Assembly (NCBI RefSeq): GCF_050920415.1
Contig: NZ_CP169309.1
Length of the DNA stretch: 64,000 nucleotides
Strand: one strand, 5' to 3'
From: Escherichia coli
GTDB taxonomy: Bacteria; Pseudomonadota; Gammaproteobacteria; Enterobacterales; Enterobacteriaceae
Shown: positions 9,787 to 23,456 of the stretch, piece by piece
Numbering within the stretch: the stretch's first letter is position 1
Layout: every line of letters begins with the position of its first letter
Notes under the pieces: model-generated
Told to the model about the DNA's origin: nothing
The model's database searches: none
The model's input: only the letters and a program-made list of their open reading frames with translations
Made by a program: the position numbers and the translations under genes

Positions 9787-12660
9787 ATGACACAGACGTT
9801 AAGCCAGCTTGAAAACAGCGGCGCTTTTATTGAACGCCATATCGGACCGGACGCCGCGCAACAGCAAGAAATGCTGAATGCCGTTGGCGCACAATCGTTA
9901 AACGCGCTGACCGGCCAGATTGTGCCGAAAGATATTCAGCTTGCGACCCCGCCGCAGGTTGGCGCACCGGCGACCGAATACGCCGCGCTGGCGGAACTCA
10001 AGGCTATTGCCAGTCGCAATAAACGCTTCACGTCTTACATCGGCATGGGTTACACCGCCGTGCAGCTACCGCCGGTTATCCTGCGTAACATGCTGGAAAA
10101 TCCGGGCTGGTATACCGCGTATACTCCGTATCAACCTGAAGTCTCCCAGGGCCGCCTTGAAGCACTGCTTAACTTCCAGCAGGTAACGCTGGATTTGACC
10201 GGGCTGGATATGGCCTCTGCTTCTTTGTTGGATGAAGCCACCGCTGCCGCCGAAGCAATGGCGATGGCAAAACGCGTCAGTAAACTGAAAAATGCCAACC
10301 GCTTCTTCGTTGCTTCTGACGTGCATCCGCAAACCTTAGATGTAGTACGTACACGCGCAGAAACCTTTGGTTTTGAAGTGATTGTCGACGATGCGCAAAA
10401 AGTTCTCGATCACCAGGACGTCTTCGGCGTGCTGTTACAGCAGGTTGGCACTACCGGTGAAATTCACGACTACACTGCGCTTATCAGCGAACTGAAATCA
10501 CGCAAAATTGTAGTCAGCGTCGCCGCCGATATTATGGCGCTGGTGCTGTTAACTGCACCGGGTAAACAGGGCGCGGATATTGTCTTTGGTTCGGCGCAAC
10601 GCTTTGGCGTACCGATGGGCTACGGTGGCCCACATGCGGCATTCTTTGCGGCGAAAGATGAATACAAACGCTCAATGCCGGGCCGTATTATTGGTGTATC
10701 GAAAGATGCAGCTGGCAATACCGCGCTGCGCATGGCGATGCAGACTCGCGAGCAACATATTCGCCGTGAGAAAGCGAACTCCAACATTTGTACTTCGCAG
10801 GTACTGCTGGCAAACATCGCCAGCCTGTATGCCGTTTATCACGGCCCGGTTGGCCTGAAACGTATCGCTAATCGCATTCACCGTCTGACCGATATCCTGG
10901 CAGCGGGCCTGCAACAAAAAGGTCTGAAGCTGCGCCATGCGCACTATTTCGATACTTTGTGTGTGGAAGTGGCCGACAAAGCGGGCGTGCTGGCGCGTGC
11001 CGAAGCGGCTGAAATCAACCTGCGTAGCGATATTCTGAATGCGGTTGGGATCACCCTTGATGAAACCACCACGCGCGAAAACGTGATGCAGCTTTTCAGC
11101 GTACTGCTGGGCGATAATCACGGACTGGACATCGACACGCTGGACAAAGACGTGGCTCACGACAGCCGTTCTATTCAGCCTGCAATGCTGCGCGATGACG
11201 AAATTCTCACCCATCCGGTGTTTAATCGCTACCACAGCGAAACCGAAATGATGCGCTATATGCACTCGCTGGAGCGTAAAGATCTGGCGCTGAATCAGGC
11301 GATGATCCCGCTGGGTTCCTGCACCATGAAACTGAACGCCGCCGCCGAGATGATCCCAATCACCTGGCCGGAATTTGCCGAACTGCACCCGTTCTGCCCG
11401 CCGGAACAGGCCGAAGGTTATCAGCAGATGATCGCCCAACTGGCTGACTGGCTGGTGAAACTGACCGGTTACGACGCCGTCTGTATGCAGCCGAACTCTG
11501 GCGCTCAGGGCGAATACGCGGGGCTGCTGGCGATTCGTCATTATCATGAAAGCCGCAACGAAGGGCATCGCGATATCTGCCTGATCCCGGCTTCTGCGCA
11601 CGGCACTAACCCGGCTTCCGCGCATATGGCAGGAATGCAGGTGGTGGTTGTGGCGTGTGATAAAAACGGCAACATCGATCTGACTGACCTGCGCGCGAAA
11701 GCGGAGCAGGCGGGCGATAATCTCTCCTGCATTATGGTGACCTATCCTTCCACCCACGGCGTGTACGAAGAAACGATCCGTGAAGTGTGTGAAATCGTGC
11801 ATCAGTTCGGCGGTCAGGTTTACCTTGATGGCGCGAACATGAACGCCCAGGTTGGTATCACTTCGCCGGGTTTTATTGGTGCGGACGTTTCGCACCTTAA
11901 CCTGCATAAAACTTTCTGCATTCCGCACGGCGGTGGTGGTCCGGGTATGGGACCGATCGGCGTGAAAGCGCATTTGGCACCGTTTGTTCCGGGTCATAGT
12001 GTGGTGCAAATCGAAGGCATGTTAACCCGTCAGGGCGCGGTTTCTGCGGCACCGTTCGGTAGCGCTTCTATTCTGCCAATTAGCTGGATGTACATCCGCA
12101 TGATGGGCGCAGAAGGGCTGAAAAAAGCAAGCCAGGTGGCAATCCTCAACGCCAACTATATTGCCAGCCGCCTGCAGGATGCCTTCCCGGTGCTGTATAC
12201 CGGTCGCGACGGCCGCGTGGCGCACGAATGTATTCTCGATATTCGCCCGCTGAAAGAAGAAACCGGCATCAGCGAGCTGGATATTGCCAAGCGCCTGATC
12301 GACTATGGTTTCCACGCGCCGACTATGTCGTTCCCGGTGGCGGGGACGCTGATGGTTGAACCGACTGAATCTGAAAGCAAAGTGGAACTGGATCGTTTTA
12401 TCGATGCGATGCTGTCTATCCGCGCAGAAATCGACCAGGTGAAAGCCGGTGTTTGGCCGCTGGAAGATAACCCGCTGGTGAACGCGCCGCACATTCAGAG
12501 CGAACTGGTCGCCGAGTGGGCGCATCCGTACAGCCGTGAAGTTGCAGTATTCCCGGCAGGCGTGGCAGACAAATACTGGCCGACAGTGAAACGTCTGGAT
12601 GATGTTTACGGGGACCGTAACCTGTTCTGCTCCTGCGTACCGATTAGCGAATACCAGTAA
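9787..12660 (+). CDS. gcvP: glycine dehydrogenase (decarboxylating), P protein
   Basis: Track ORF 9703..12660 trimmed to ATG 9787 ([21 protein letters not shown]...) giving 957 aa. Confidence 0.97.
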   Translation: MTQTLSQLENSGAFIERHIGPDAAQQQEMLNAVGAQSLNALTGQIVPKDIQLATPPQVGAPATEYAALAELKAIASRNKRFTSYIGMGYTAVQLPPVILRNMLENPGWYTAYTPYQPEVSQGRLEALLNFQQVTLDLTGLDMASASLLDEATAAAEAMAMAKRVSKLKNANRFFVASDVHPQTLDVVRTRAETFGFEVIVDDAQKVLDHQDVFGVLLQQVGTTGEIHDYTALISELKSRKIVVSVAADIMALVLLTAPGKQGADIVFGSAQRFGVPMGYGGPHAAFFAAKDEYKRSMPGRIIGVSKDAAGNTALRMAMQTREQHIRREKANSNICTSQVLLANIASLYAVYHGPVGLKRIANRIHRLTDILAAGLQQKGLKLRHAHYFDTLCVEVADKAGVLARAEAAEINLRSDILNAVGITLDETTTRENVMQLFSVLLGDNHGLDIDTLDKDVAHDSRSIQPAMLRDDEILTHPVFNRYHSETEMMRYMHSLERKDLALNQAMIPLGSCTMKLNAAAEMIPITWPEFAELHPFCPPEQAEGYQQMIAQLADWLVKLTGYDAVCMQPNSGAQGEYAGLLAIRHYHESRNEGHRDICLIPASAHGTNPASAHMAGMQVVVVACDKNGNIDLTDLRAKAEQAGDNLSCIMVTYPSTHGVYEETIREVCEIVHQFGGQVYLDGANMNAQVGITSPGFIGADVSHLNLHKTFCIPHGGGGPGMGPIGVKAHLAPFVPGHSVVQIEGMLTRQGAVSAAPFGSASILPISWMYIRMMGAEGLKKASQVAILNANYIASRLQDAFPVLYTGRDGRVAHECILDIRPLKEETGISELDIAKRLIDYGFHAPTMSFPVAGTLMVEPTESESKVELDRFIDAMLSIRAEIDQVKAGVWPLEDNPLVNAPHIQSELVAEWAHPYSREVAVFPAGVADKYWPTVKRLDDVYGDRNLFCSCVPISEYQ

Positions 12661-12682
12661 TTTACTGATTCGACTATCTTCT

Positions 12683-12710
12683 AAAGGCGCTTCGGCGCCT
12701 TTATTTTTTT
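12683..12710 (+). terminator. Rho-independent terminator after gcvP
   Basis: Hairpin aaaggcgc-ttcg-gcgccttt followed by T-run; ygfF start follows 11 nt later. Confidence 0.7.
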
Positions 12711-12720
12711 AGGAAAACAA

Positions 12721-13464
12721 ATGACTATAGCACTTGTGACCGGTGGCAGTCGCGGCATCGGGCGGGCAACTGCATTACTGTTGGCGCAAGAAGGGTATAC
12801 GGTGGCGGTTAATTATCAGCAAAACCTCCACGCGGCGCAGGAAGTGGTGAAGTTAATCACGCAAGCCGGTGGCAAGGCATTCGTGCTTCAGGCGGATATC
12901 AGCGACGAAAATCAGGTCATCGCAATGTTTACAGCAATCGATCAGCACGATGAACCGCTAGCCGCGCTGGTCAATAACGCCGGGATCTTGTTTACCCAGT
13001 GCACCGTAGAAAACCTTACCGCAGAGCGAATCAACCGGGTACTTTCCACCAATGTGACGGGATATTTTCTCTGTTGCCGCGAGGCGGTAAAACGCATGGC
13101 GCTTAAAAATGGCGGTAATGGCGGTGCTATCGTCAACGTCTCTTCAGTGGCCTCACGGCTGGGATCTCCGGGGGAATACGTTGATTATGCGGCCTCGAAA
13201 GGGGCGATTGATACGTTAACCACAGGGCTGTCGCTGGAAGTCGCCGCGCAGGGGATCCGCGTTAACGGCGTGCGGCCAGGGTTTATTTATACCGAAATGC
13301 ACGCCAGCGGTGGCGAACCTGGACGCGTTGATCGCGTTAAGTCGAACATCCCCATGCAGCGTGGCGGACAGGCGGAAGAGGTCGCGCAGGCCATCGTCTG
13401 GCTGTTAAGTGATAAAGCCTCTTATGTCACGGGAAGTTTTATCGATTTGGCGGGTGGAAAATAA
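12721..13464 (+). CDS. ygfF: short-chain dehydrogenase/reductase family oxidoreductase
   Basis: 247 aa; SDR cofactor motif TGGSRGIG and catalytic YxxxK (YAASK). Confidence 0.9.
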   Translation: MTIALVTGGSRGIGRATALLLAQEGYTVAVNYQQNLHAAQEVVKLITQAGGKAFVLQADISDENQVIAMFTAIDQHDEPLAALVNNAGILFTQCTVENLTAERINRVLSTNVTGYFLCCREAVKRMALKNGGNGGAIVNVSSVASRLGSPGEYVDYAASKGAIDTLTTGLSLEVAAQGIRVNGVRPGFIYTEMHASGGEPGRVDRVKSNIPMQRGGQAEEVAQAIVWLLSDKASYVTGSFIDLAGGK

Positions 13465-13482
13465 AACAGGAAAGTTATCTGA

Positions 13483-13508
13483 CCGGATGCAACGAGTATT
13501 GCATCCGG
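13483..13508. terminator. bidirectional hairpin between convergent ygfF and bglA
   Basis: Perfect palindrome ccggatgcaacgagtattgcatccgg in the 56 bp gap between the two stop codons. Confidence 0.5.
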
Positions 13509-13520
13509 TACTTCATCGAC

Positions 13521-14981
<1,461 letters not shown>

Positions 14982-14998
14982 TTACAGGAAATAGTACC

Positions 14999-15310
14999 AT
15001 GCAGCCAAACGACATCACTTTTTTTCAACGTTTCCAGGATGACATTCTGGCTGGGCGTAAAACCATCACCATCCGCGACGAGTCTGAATCGCACTTCAAA
15101 ACGGGGGATGTGCTTCGTGTCGGGCGCTTTGAAGATGACGGTTATTTTTGCACGATTGAAGTCACTGCAACATCAACCGTAACGCTGGATACGTTGACGG
15201 AAAAACATGCACAACAGGAAAATATGACCCTGCCTGAACTGAAAAAGGTCATTGCCGACATCTATCCTGGGCAGACACAGTTTTATGTAATTGAATTTAA
15301 ATACCTTTAA
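14999..15310 (+). CDS. yqfB: ASCH-domain protein YqfB
   Basis: 103 aa [31 protein letters not shown]... recognised as YqfB. Confidence 0.9.
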   Translation: MQPNDITFFQRFQDDILAGRKTITIRDESESHFKTGDVLRVGRFEDDGYFCTIEVTATSTVTLDTLTEKHAQQENMTLPELKKVIADIYPGQTQFYVIEFKYL

Positions 15311-15470
15311 ATTGAACTCACGCCTGTTAGTTGAAATTTCGCATTTAATTTCATGATTTTTCGGAGATTAGTCTCAAATCAGAATTTATTTTAGCTAACA
15401 GGTGTTCACTGGAACTATTCTCAGTTACGCTGGAGGAGTATACATGTGCGTGTACGTTTCTCCGGAGTAA

Positions 15471-16133
<663 letters not shown>

Positions 16134-16139
16134 TTGGTG

Positions 16140-16326
<187 letters not shown>

Positions 16327-16328
16327 AT

Positions 16329-17309
16329 TTACTCTTCGAGCGAATAGGGCAGCGGCTCGATATGCAATGTATTCGCATCGTCACGCACGCGGAAGATGCT
16401 GTCCGGTTCCATATCGTTATTCATGACGACCTGTACCACGACCTGACCATCTTCCAGTTTTACCGCAGCCAGCACCGTACCGGTACGACGCCAGTTCTCG
16501 CCCATTTTCAGCTCTAAATCTTCACCCGCTTCCGGCAGTCGGCTGGCGCTACCTGCCAGCAGCCAGAGGGCACGTTTGTTGGCACCGCGGAATTTAGCCC
16601 GTGCCACCATCTCTTGTCCGGTATAGCAGCCTTTTTTAAAGCTGATGCCGCCCAACGCCTGGAGGTTGGTCGCCTGTGGGATAAACTGCCCGCTGTTGGC
16701 GGCATCAATCACCGGAAAACCCGCTTCAATGTTTAATGCCAGCCACTGTTGGCTATTGTTCAGTTCCGCTTCACCGCGCAGTTTATCGGTCAGCGTATTG
16801 GCGGTAGCTTCATCGGTTACGATCAGGAAACGTTCTGCCGGGTGTTCAAACCATAGCAAAGTGGTCGCGCCTTCTTTAACTACCTGTTTTTCTTTCGTAG
16901 GCAGTTCACTAAAGAGATTTGCCAGCGCGGCGCGTGCCTGAAAACCGGCAACACCAAGCAGCACACGTTCATCGTCTGGCGCGATGGTCACTTTAGAGAA
17001 CACCGCATATTTTTTCAGTTCAGTCAGTTGCGACTCGCGCACGCTGCGCCGTTCAATCCACGCAAAGCCGTCGCCGTCGCGGAACAGACGTAAATTGCTC
17101 CACATTTTACCTTTGGCGTCGCAATGGGCGGCGAGCAGGTGCTGATCTTCTGTCATCTGGCTGACATCTGCTGTCACCTGACCCTGCATATATTTTTCGC
17201 TGTCCGTGCCAGTAATGGTGGCAAGCGCCCAGTCATCAAGCGTCATCAGCGTCAGCGGTAAACGGGCAGAAGCCGTAGGCTGACGGGGAGGAAAAGGTGT
17301 AAAAGCCAT
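16329..17309 (-). CDS. ygfZ: folate-binding tRNA-modifying protein YgfZ
   Basis: Track ORF 16329..17375 trimmed to [14 protein letters not shown]... for the 326 aa protein. Confidence 0.9.
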   Translation of the reverse strand: MAFTPFPPRQPTASARLPLTLMTLDDWALATITGTDSEKYMQGQVTADVSQMTEDQHLLAAHCDAKGKMWSNLRLFRDGDGFAWIERRSVRESQLTELKKYAVFSKVTIAPDDERVLLGVAGFQARAALANLFSELPTKEKQVVKEGATTLLWFEHPAERFLIVTDEATANTLTDKLRGEAELNNSQQWLALNIEAGFPVIDAANSGQFIPQATNLQALGGISFKKGCYTGQEMVARAKFRGANKRALWLLAGSASRLPEAGEDLELKMGENWRRTGTVLAAVKLEDGQVVVQVVMNNDMEPDSIFRVRDDANTLHIEPLPYSLEE

Positions 17310-17548
17310 AATGGAGTCCTGTTTTACAAACGGCGTATTTATGACTAATGGTAAAAGAGCTATGAGGCAATGCAAGTGCTTTCACTACGCGATCTGTGCC
17401 TTCTGATATGCTTTGCGAGGCGACTTCCAAAAAAATGAAGCCCTTGAAATATTGTGGGTTAATTTCGCGATCGCGATTGTGTTTACTGATATTCCCGCAA
17501 AAGAAGTCGAAAAACACGTTACAATAGCCTGGTACTGGATTTTCGTGA

Positions 17549-18215
<667 letters not shown>

Positions 18216-18254
18216 AGATGACGGCAAAGCCTGTGTGCTAAGCCGTCAGTGACA

Positions 18255-18776
18255 TCAGGCGTAATGCTCTGCCATTTCGTTGAGGATTTGCTCGCACCAG
18301 TTCTGAATACGCTCGTCGCTAAGGTCATACTGGTTAGTTTCGTCCAGCGCCAGACCCACGAACAGTTGCCCGTCAGCAATCACCGGTTTCGGGCTGGTAA
18401 ACTCATATCCTTCCGTTGGCCAGTAGCCGACGAACTTCACGCCTTTGGTCGAGAGTTTGTCATGCAGCATGCCGAGCGCATCGAGGAACCACTCGCCATA
18501 CCCCAGTTGATCGCCAAGCCCATACAGCGCAACAATTTTACCTTCGAGGTTCAGGTCGTCGAGCTGATCCCAGACGGCTTCCCAGTCTTCCTGGATTTCG
18601 CCAAAATCCCAGGTCGGGATGCCCAGAATGAGCACATCGTACTGCTCCATTAATTTCGGGGAATCGTCCTTGAGGTTATGTAAGGTCACCAGTTCTGGGC
18701 CGATAATATCGCGGATTTTTTCTGCCGCCATTTCGGTGTAACAGGTGCTGGAACCGTAAAAAAGACCCATATTCAT
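18255..18776 (-). CDS. fldB: flavodoxin 2
   Basis: 173 aa [26 protein letters not shown]... recognised as FldB. Confidence 0.95.
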   Translation of the reverse strand: MNMGLFYGSSTCYTEMAAEKIRDIIGPELVTLHNLKDDSPKLMEQYDVLILGIPTWDFGEIQEDWEAVWDQLDDLNLEGKIVALYGLGDQLGYGEWFLDALGMLHDKLSTKGVKFVGYWPTEGYEFTSPKPVIADGQLFVGLALDETNQYDLSDERIQNWCEQILNEMAEHYA

Positions 18777-18887
18777 AACGTAAGCTTCTCGATTCTGCTG
18801 TGGCTTTTGCGGCTAGTGTATCAGAATCGCTTTAGTCACGGCACAATAAGGCATAATGGATCAAATGAGTGACCATAAGGGGCGCAA

Positions 18888-19784
18888 GTGAAACAGGATC
18901 TGGCACGCATCGAGCAGTTTCTTGATGCTCTGTGGCTGGAAAAAAATCTGGCTGAAAATACGTTGAACGCATACCGTCGCGATCTGTCAATGATGGTGGA
19001 GTGGTTGCATCACCGCGGGTTGACGCTGGCGACGGCGCAAAGTGACGATTTGCAGGCATTACTGGCAGAACGGCTGGAGGGTGGGTATAAAGCCACCAGC
19101 TCAGCGCGTTTGCTGAGCGCAGTGCGCCGATTGTTCCAGTATCTTTATCGCGAAAAGTTTCGTGAAGACGATCCCAGCGCGCATCTCGCTTCGCCGAAAT
19201 TGCCCCAGCGTTTGCCAAAAGATTTAAGCGAAGCGCAGGTCGAACGATTATTACAGGCACCATTAATTGATCAGCCACTGGAGCTGCGCGATAAAGCCAT
19301 GCTTGAAGTGTTGTATGCTACCGGGCTGCGAGTCTCTGAACTGGTCGGGCTGACAATGAGTGATATCAGCCTGCGTCAGGGCGTAGTGCGGGTCATTGGT
19401 AAAGGCAACAAAGAACGCCTTGTGCCGTTAGGTGAAGAGGCGGTTTACTGGCTGGAAACTTATCTGGAACACGGGCGACCGTGGTTGCTAAACGGTGTGT
19501 CAATTGACGTGTTGTTTCCCAGTCAGCGCGCGCAGCAGATGACGAGACAAACCTTCTGGCACCGCATTAAACATTATGCTGTGCTGGCGGGTATCGACAG
19601 CGAAAAGCTGTCACCGCATGTGTTGCGTCACGCTTTTGCCACTCATTTATTAAATCATGGTGCGGATTTACGCGTGGTGCAGATGCTACTGGGCCACAGC
19701 GATCTCTCCACCACGCAAATTTATACGCATGTCGCTACCGAGCGTCTGCGGCAACTTCATCAACAGCATCACCCGCGGGCGTGA
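18888..19784 (+). CDS. xerD: site-specific tyrosine recombinase XerD
   Basis: 298 aa; catalytic RHRY region (HVLRHAFATHLL...LGHSDLSTTQIYTH). Confidence 0.97.
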   Translation: MKQDLARIEQFLDALWLEKNLAENTLNAYRRDLSMMVEWLHHRGLTLATAQSDDLQALLAERLEGGYKATSSARLLSAVRRLFQYLYREKFREDDPSAHLASPKLPQRLPKDLSEAQVERLLQAPLIDQPLELRDKAMLEVLYATGLRVSELVGLTMSDISLRQGVVRVIGKGNKERLVPLGEEAVYWLETYLEHGRPWLLNGVSIDVLFPSQRAQQMTRQTFWHRIKHYAVLAGIDSEKLSPHVLRHAFATHLLNHGADLRVVQMLLGHSDLSTTQIYTHVATERLRQLHQQHHPRA

Positions 19785-19808
19785 TGTCTGAAAAGAACGG
19801 GAAGATTT

Positions 19809-20519
19809 ATGAAGAAAGGTTTTATGTTATTTACGTTGTTGGCGGCGTTTTCTGGTTTTGCTCAGGCTGATGACGCGGCAATTCAACAAACGTTAGCCAA
19901 AATGGGCATCAAAAGCAGTGATATTCAGCCTGCGCCCGTGGCTGGTATGAAGACAGTTCTGACTAACAGCGGTGTGTTGTACATCACTGATGATGGTAAA
20001 CATATCATTCAGGGACCAATGTATGACGTTAGCGGAACGACTCCGGTCAATGTCACTAATAAGATGTTGTTAAAGCAGCTGAACGCGCTTGAAAACGAGA
20101 TGATCGTTTATAAAGCGCCGCAGGAAAAACACGTCATTACCGTGTTTACTGATATTACCTGTGGTTACTGCCACAAACTGCATGAGCAAATGGCAGACTA
20201 CAACGCGCTGGGGATCACCGTGCGTTATCTTGCTTTCCCTCGCCAGGGGCTGGAGAGCCAGGCTGAGCAACAAATGAAAGCCATCTGGTGTGCGAAAGAT
20301 AAAAAGAAAGCGTTTGATGATGTGATGGCGGGTAAAGCTGCCACTCCGGCAAGTTGCGATATCGATATTGCCGATCATTACGCACTTGGCGTCCAGCTTG
20401 GCGTTAGTGGCACTCCGGCAATTGTGCTGAGCAATGGCACACTTGTTCCGGGTTACCAGCCGCCGAAAGAGATGAAAGAATTCCTCGACGAACACCAAAA
20501 AATGACCAGCGGTAAATAA
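19809..20519 (+). CDS. dsbC: periplasmic disulfide isomerase DsbC
   Basis: 236 aa with signal peptide and CGYC active site. Confidence 0.97.
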   Translation: MKKGFMLFTLLAAFSGFAQADDAAIQQTLAKMGIKSSDIQPAPVAGMKTVLTNSGVLYITDDGKHIIQGPMYDVSGTTPVNVTNKMLLKQLNALENEMIVYKAPQEKHVITVFTDITCGYCHKLHEQMADYNALGITVRYLAFPRQGLESQAEQQMKAIWCAKDKKKAFDDVMAGKAATPASCDIDIADHYALGVQLGVSGTPAIVLSNGTLVPGYQPPKEMKEFLDEHQKMTSGK

Positions 20520-20524
20520 TTCGC

Positions 20525-22258
20525 GTGAAACAACAGATACAACTTCGTCGCCGTGAAGTCGATGAAACGGCAGACTTGCCCGCTGAATTGCCTCCCTTGC
20601 TGCGCCGTTTATATGCCAGCCGGGGAGTACGCAGTGCGCAAGAACTGGAACGTAGTGTAAAAGGTATGCTGCCCTGGCAGCAACTGAGCGGCGTCGAAAA
20701 GGCCGTTGAGATCCTTTACAACGCTTTTCGCGAAGGAACGCGGATTATGGTGGTCGGTGACTTCGACGCCGACGGTGCCACCAGCACGGCTCTAAGCGTG
20801 CTGGCGATGCGCTCGCTTGGTTGCAGCAATATCGACTACCTGGTACCAAACCGTTTCGAAGACGGTTACGGCTTAAGCCCGGAAGTGGTCGATCAGGCCC
20901 ATGCCCGTGGCGCGCAGTTAATTGTCACGGTGGATAACGGCATTTCCTCCCATGCGGGGGTTGAACATGCTCGATCGTTGGGCATTCCGGTTATTGTTAC
21001 CGATCACCATTTGCCGGGCGAAACATTACCCGCGGCGGAAGCGATCATTAACCCTAACTTGCGCGACTGCAATTTCCCGTCGAAATCACTGGCAGGCGTG
21101 GGGGTGGCGTTTTATCTGATGCTGGCGCTGCGCACCTTTTTGCGCGATCAGGGCTGGTTTGATGAGCGCGGCATCGCAATTCCTAACCTGGCAGAACTGC
21201 TGGATCTGGTCGCGTTGGGGACAGTGGCGGACGTCGTGCCGCTGGATGCTAATAATCGCATTCTGACCTGGCAGGGGATGAGTCGCATCCGTGCCGGAAA
21301 GTGCCGTCCAGGGATTAAAGCGTTGCTGGAAGTGGCCAACCGCGATGCGCAAAAACTCGCCGCCAGCGATTTAGGTTTTGCGCTGGGGCCACGTCTCAAT
21401 GCAGCCGGGAGACTGGATGATATGTCCGTTGGTGTGGCGCTGTTGCTGTGCGACAACATCGGCGAAGCGCGAGTACTGGCAAATGAACTCGATGCGCTAA
21501 ACCAGACGCGAAAAGAGATCGAACAGGGAATGCAGGTTGAAGCCCTGACCCTGTGCGAGAAACTGGAGCGCAGCCGCGACACGCTACCCGGCGGGCTGGC
21601 AATGTATCACCCGGAATGGCATCAGGGCGTTGTCGGTATTCTGGCTTCGCGTATTAAAGAGCGTTTTCACCGTCCGGTTATCGCTTTTGCGCCTGCGGGT
21701 GACGGTACGCTGAAAGGTTCCGGTCGCTCCATTCAGGGGCTGCATATGCGTGATGCGCTGGAGCGGCTAGACACACTCTACCCCGGCATGATGCTGAAGT
21801 TTGGCGGTCATGCGATGGCGGCAGGCCTGTCGCTGGAAGAGGATAAATTCGAACTCTTTCAGCAACGGTTTGGCGAACTGGTTACTGAGTGGCTGGACCC
21901 TTCGCTATTGCAAGGCGAAGTGGTGTCAGACGGTCCGCTAAGCCCAGCCGAAATGACCATGGAAGTGGCGCAGCTGCTGCGCGATGCTGGCCCGTGGGGG
22001 CAGATGTTCCCGGAGCCGCTGTTTGACGGTCATTTCCGTCTGCTGCAACAGCGACTGGTGGGTGAACGTCATTTGAAAGTCATGGTCGAACCGGTCGGCG
22101 GCGGTCCGCTGCTGGACGGTATTGCTTTTAATGTCGATACCGCCCTCTGGCCGGATAACGGCGTGCGCGAAGTGCAACTGGCTTACAAGCTGGATATCAA
22201 CGAGTTTCGTGGCAACCGAAGCCTGCAAATTATCATCGACAATATCTGGCCAATTTAG
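20525..22258 (+). CDS. recJ: single-stranded-DNA-specific 5'-3' exonuclease RecJ
   Basis: 577 aa, GTG start 5 nt after dsbC stop; DHH motifs (VVGDFDADG, DHH). Confidence 0.97.
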   Translation: MKQQIQLRRREVDETADLPAELPPLLRRLYASRGVRSAQELERSVKGMLPWQQLSGVEKAVEILYNAFREGTRIMVVGDFDADGATSTALSVLAMRSLGCSNIDYLVPNRFEDGYGLSPEVVDQAHARGAQLIVTVDNGISSHAGVEHARSLGIPVIVTDHHLPGETLPAAEAIINPNLRDCNFPSKSLAGVGVAFYLMLALRTFLRDQGWFDERGIAIPNLAELLDLVALGTVADVVPLDANNRILTWQGMSRIRAGKCRPGIKALLEVANRDAQKLAASDLGFALGPRLNAAGRLDDMSVGVALLLCDNIGEARVLANELDALNQTRKEIEQGMQVEALTLCEKLERSRDTLPGGLAMYHPEWHQGVVGILASRIKERFHRPVIAFAPAGDGTLKGSGRSIQGLHMRDALERLDTLYPGMMLKFGGHAMAAGLSLEEDKFELFQQRFGELVTEWLDPSLLQGEVVSDGPLSPAEMTMEVAQLLRDAGPWGQMFPEPLFDGHFRLLQQRLVGERHLKVMVEPVGGGPLLDGIAFNVDTALWPDNGVREVQLAYKLDINEFRGNRSLQIIIDNIWPI

Positions 22259-22348
22259 CGTCATATTATCTATAAAAAAGAGCGTGGATTCGGTACAATC
22301 CCGCTCTTATCACCGCATTTTGACTAGCTCAATAAAAGAAATCAGACC

Positions 22349-23447
22349 ATGTTTGAAATTAATCCGGTAAATAATCGCATTCAGGACCTCACGGAACGCT
22401 CCGACGTTCTTAGGGGGTATCTTTGACTACGACGCCAAGAAAGAGCGTCTGGAAGAAGTAAACGCCGAGCTGGAACAGCCGGATGTCTGGAACGAACCCG
22501 AACGCGCACAGGCGCTGGGTAAAGAGCGTTCCTCCCTCGAAGCCGTTGTCGACACCCTCGACCAAATGAAACAGGGGCTGGAAGATGTTTCTGGTCTGCT
22601 GGAGCTGGCTGTAGAAGCTGACGACGAAGAAACCTTTAACGAAGCCGTTGCTGAACTCGACGCCCTGGAAGAAAAACTGGCGCAGCTTGAGTTCCGTCGT
22701 ATGTTCTCTGGCGAATATGATAGCGCCGACTGCTACCTCGATATTCAGGCAGGTTCTGGCGGTACGGAAGCACAGGACTGGGCGAGCATGCTTGAGCGTA
22801 TGTATCTGCGCTGGGCTGAATCGCGTGGTTTCAAAACTGAAATCATCGAAGAGTCGGAAGGTGAAGTGGCGGGTATTAAATCCGTGACTATCAAAATCTC
22901 CGGCGATTACGCTTACGGCTGGCTGCGTACAGAAACCGGCGTTCACCGCCTGGTGCGCAAGAGCCCGTTTGACTCCGGCGGTCGTCGCCACACGTCGTTC
23001 AGCTCCGCGTTTGTTTACCCGGAAGTCGATGATGATATCGATATCGAAATCAATCCGGCGGATCTGCGCATCGACGTTTATCGCGCATCCGGCGCGGGTG
23101 GTCAGCACGTTAACCGTACCGAATCTGCGGTGCGTATTACTCACATCCCAACCGGGATTGTGACCCAATGCCAGAACGACCGTTCCCAGCACAAGAACAA
23201 AGACCAGGCCATGAAGCAGATGAAAGCGAAGCTTTATGAACTGGAGATGCAGAAGAAAAATGCCGAGAAACAGGCGATGGAAGATAACAAATCTGATATC
23301 GGCTGGGGCAGCCAGATTCGTTCTTATGTCCTTGATGACTCCCGCATTAAAGATCTGCGCACCGGGGTAGAAACCCGCAACACGCAGGCAGTGCTGGACG
23401 GCAGCCTGGATCAATTTATCGAAGCAAGTTTGAAAGCAGGGTTATGA
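22349..23447 (+). CDS. prfB: peptide chain release factor 2, made by programmed +1 frameshift: join(22349..22423,22425..23447)
   Basis: Frame 0 runs [25 protein letters not shown] then in-frame TGA at 22424-26 within CTT AGG GGG TAT CTT TGA C; +1 frame continues [12 protein letters not shown]... to 23447 and contains the GGQ motif (SGAGGQHVN); 365 aa product. Confidence 0.95.
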
Positions 23448-23456
23448 GGAACCAAC

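Noticed and set aside
10672-12009. 445 aa minus-strand ORF in the track
   Set aside because: Lies entirely antisense inside gcvP, whose product is unambiguous; high-GC antisense frames commonly stay open; no recognisable protein features.
22410-23414. 334 aa minus-strand ORF in the track
   Set aside because: Antisense to prfB; same reasoning as above.
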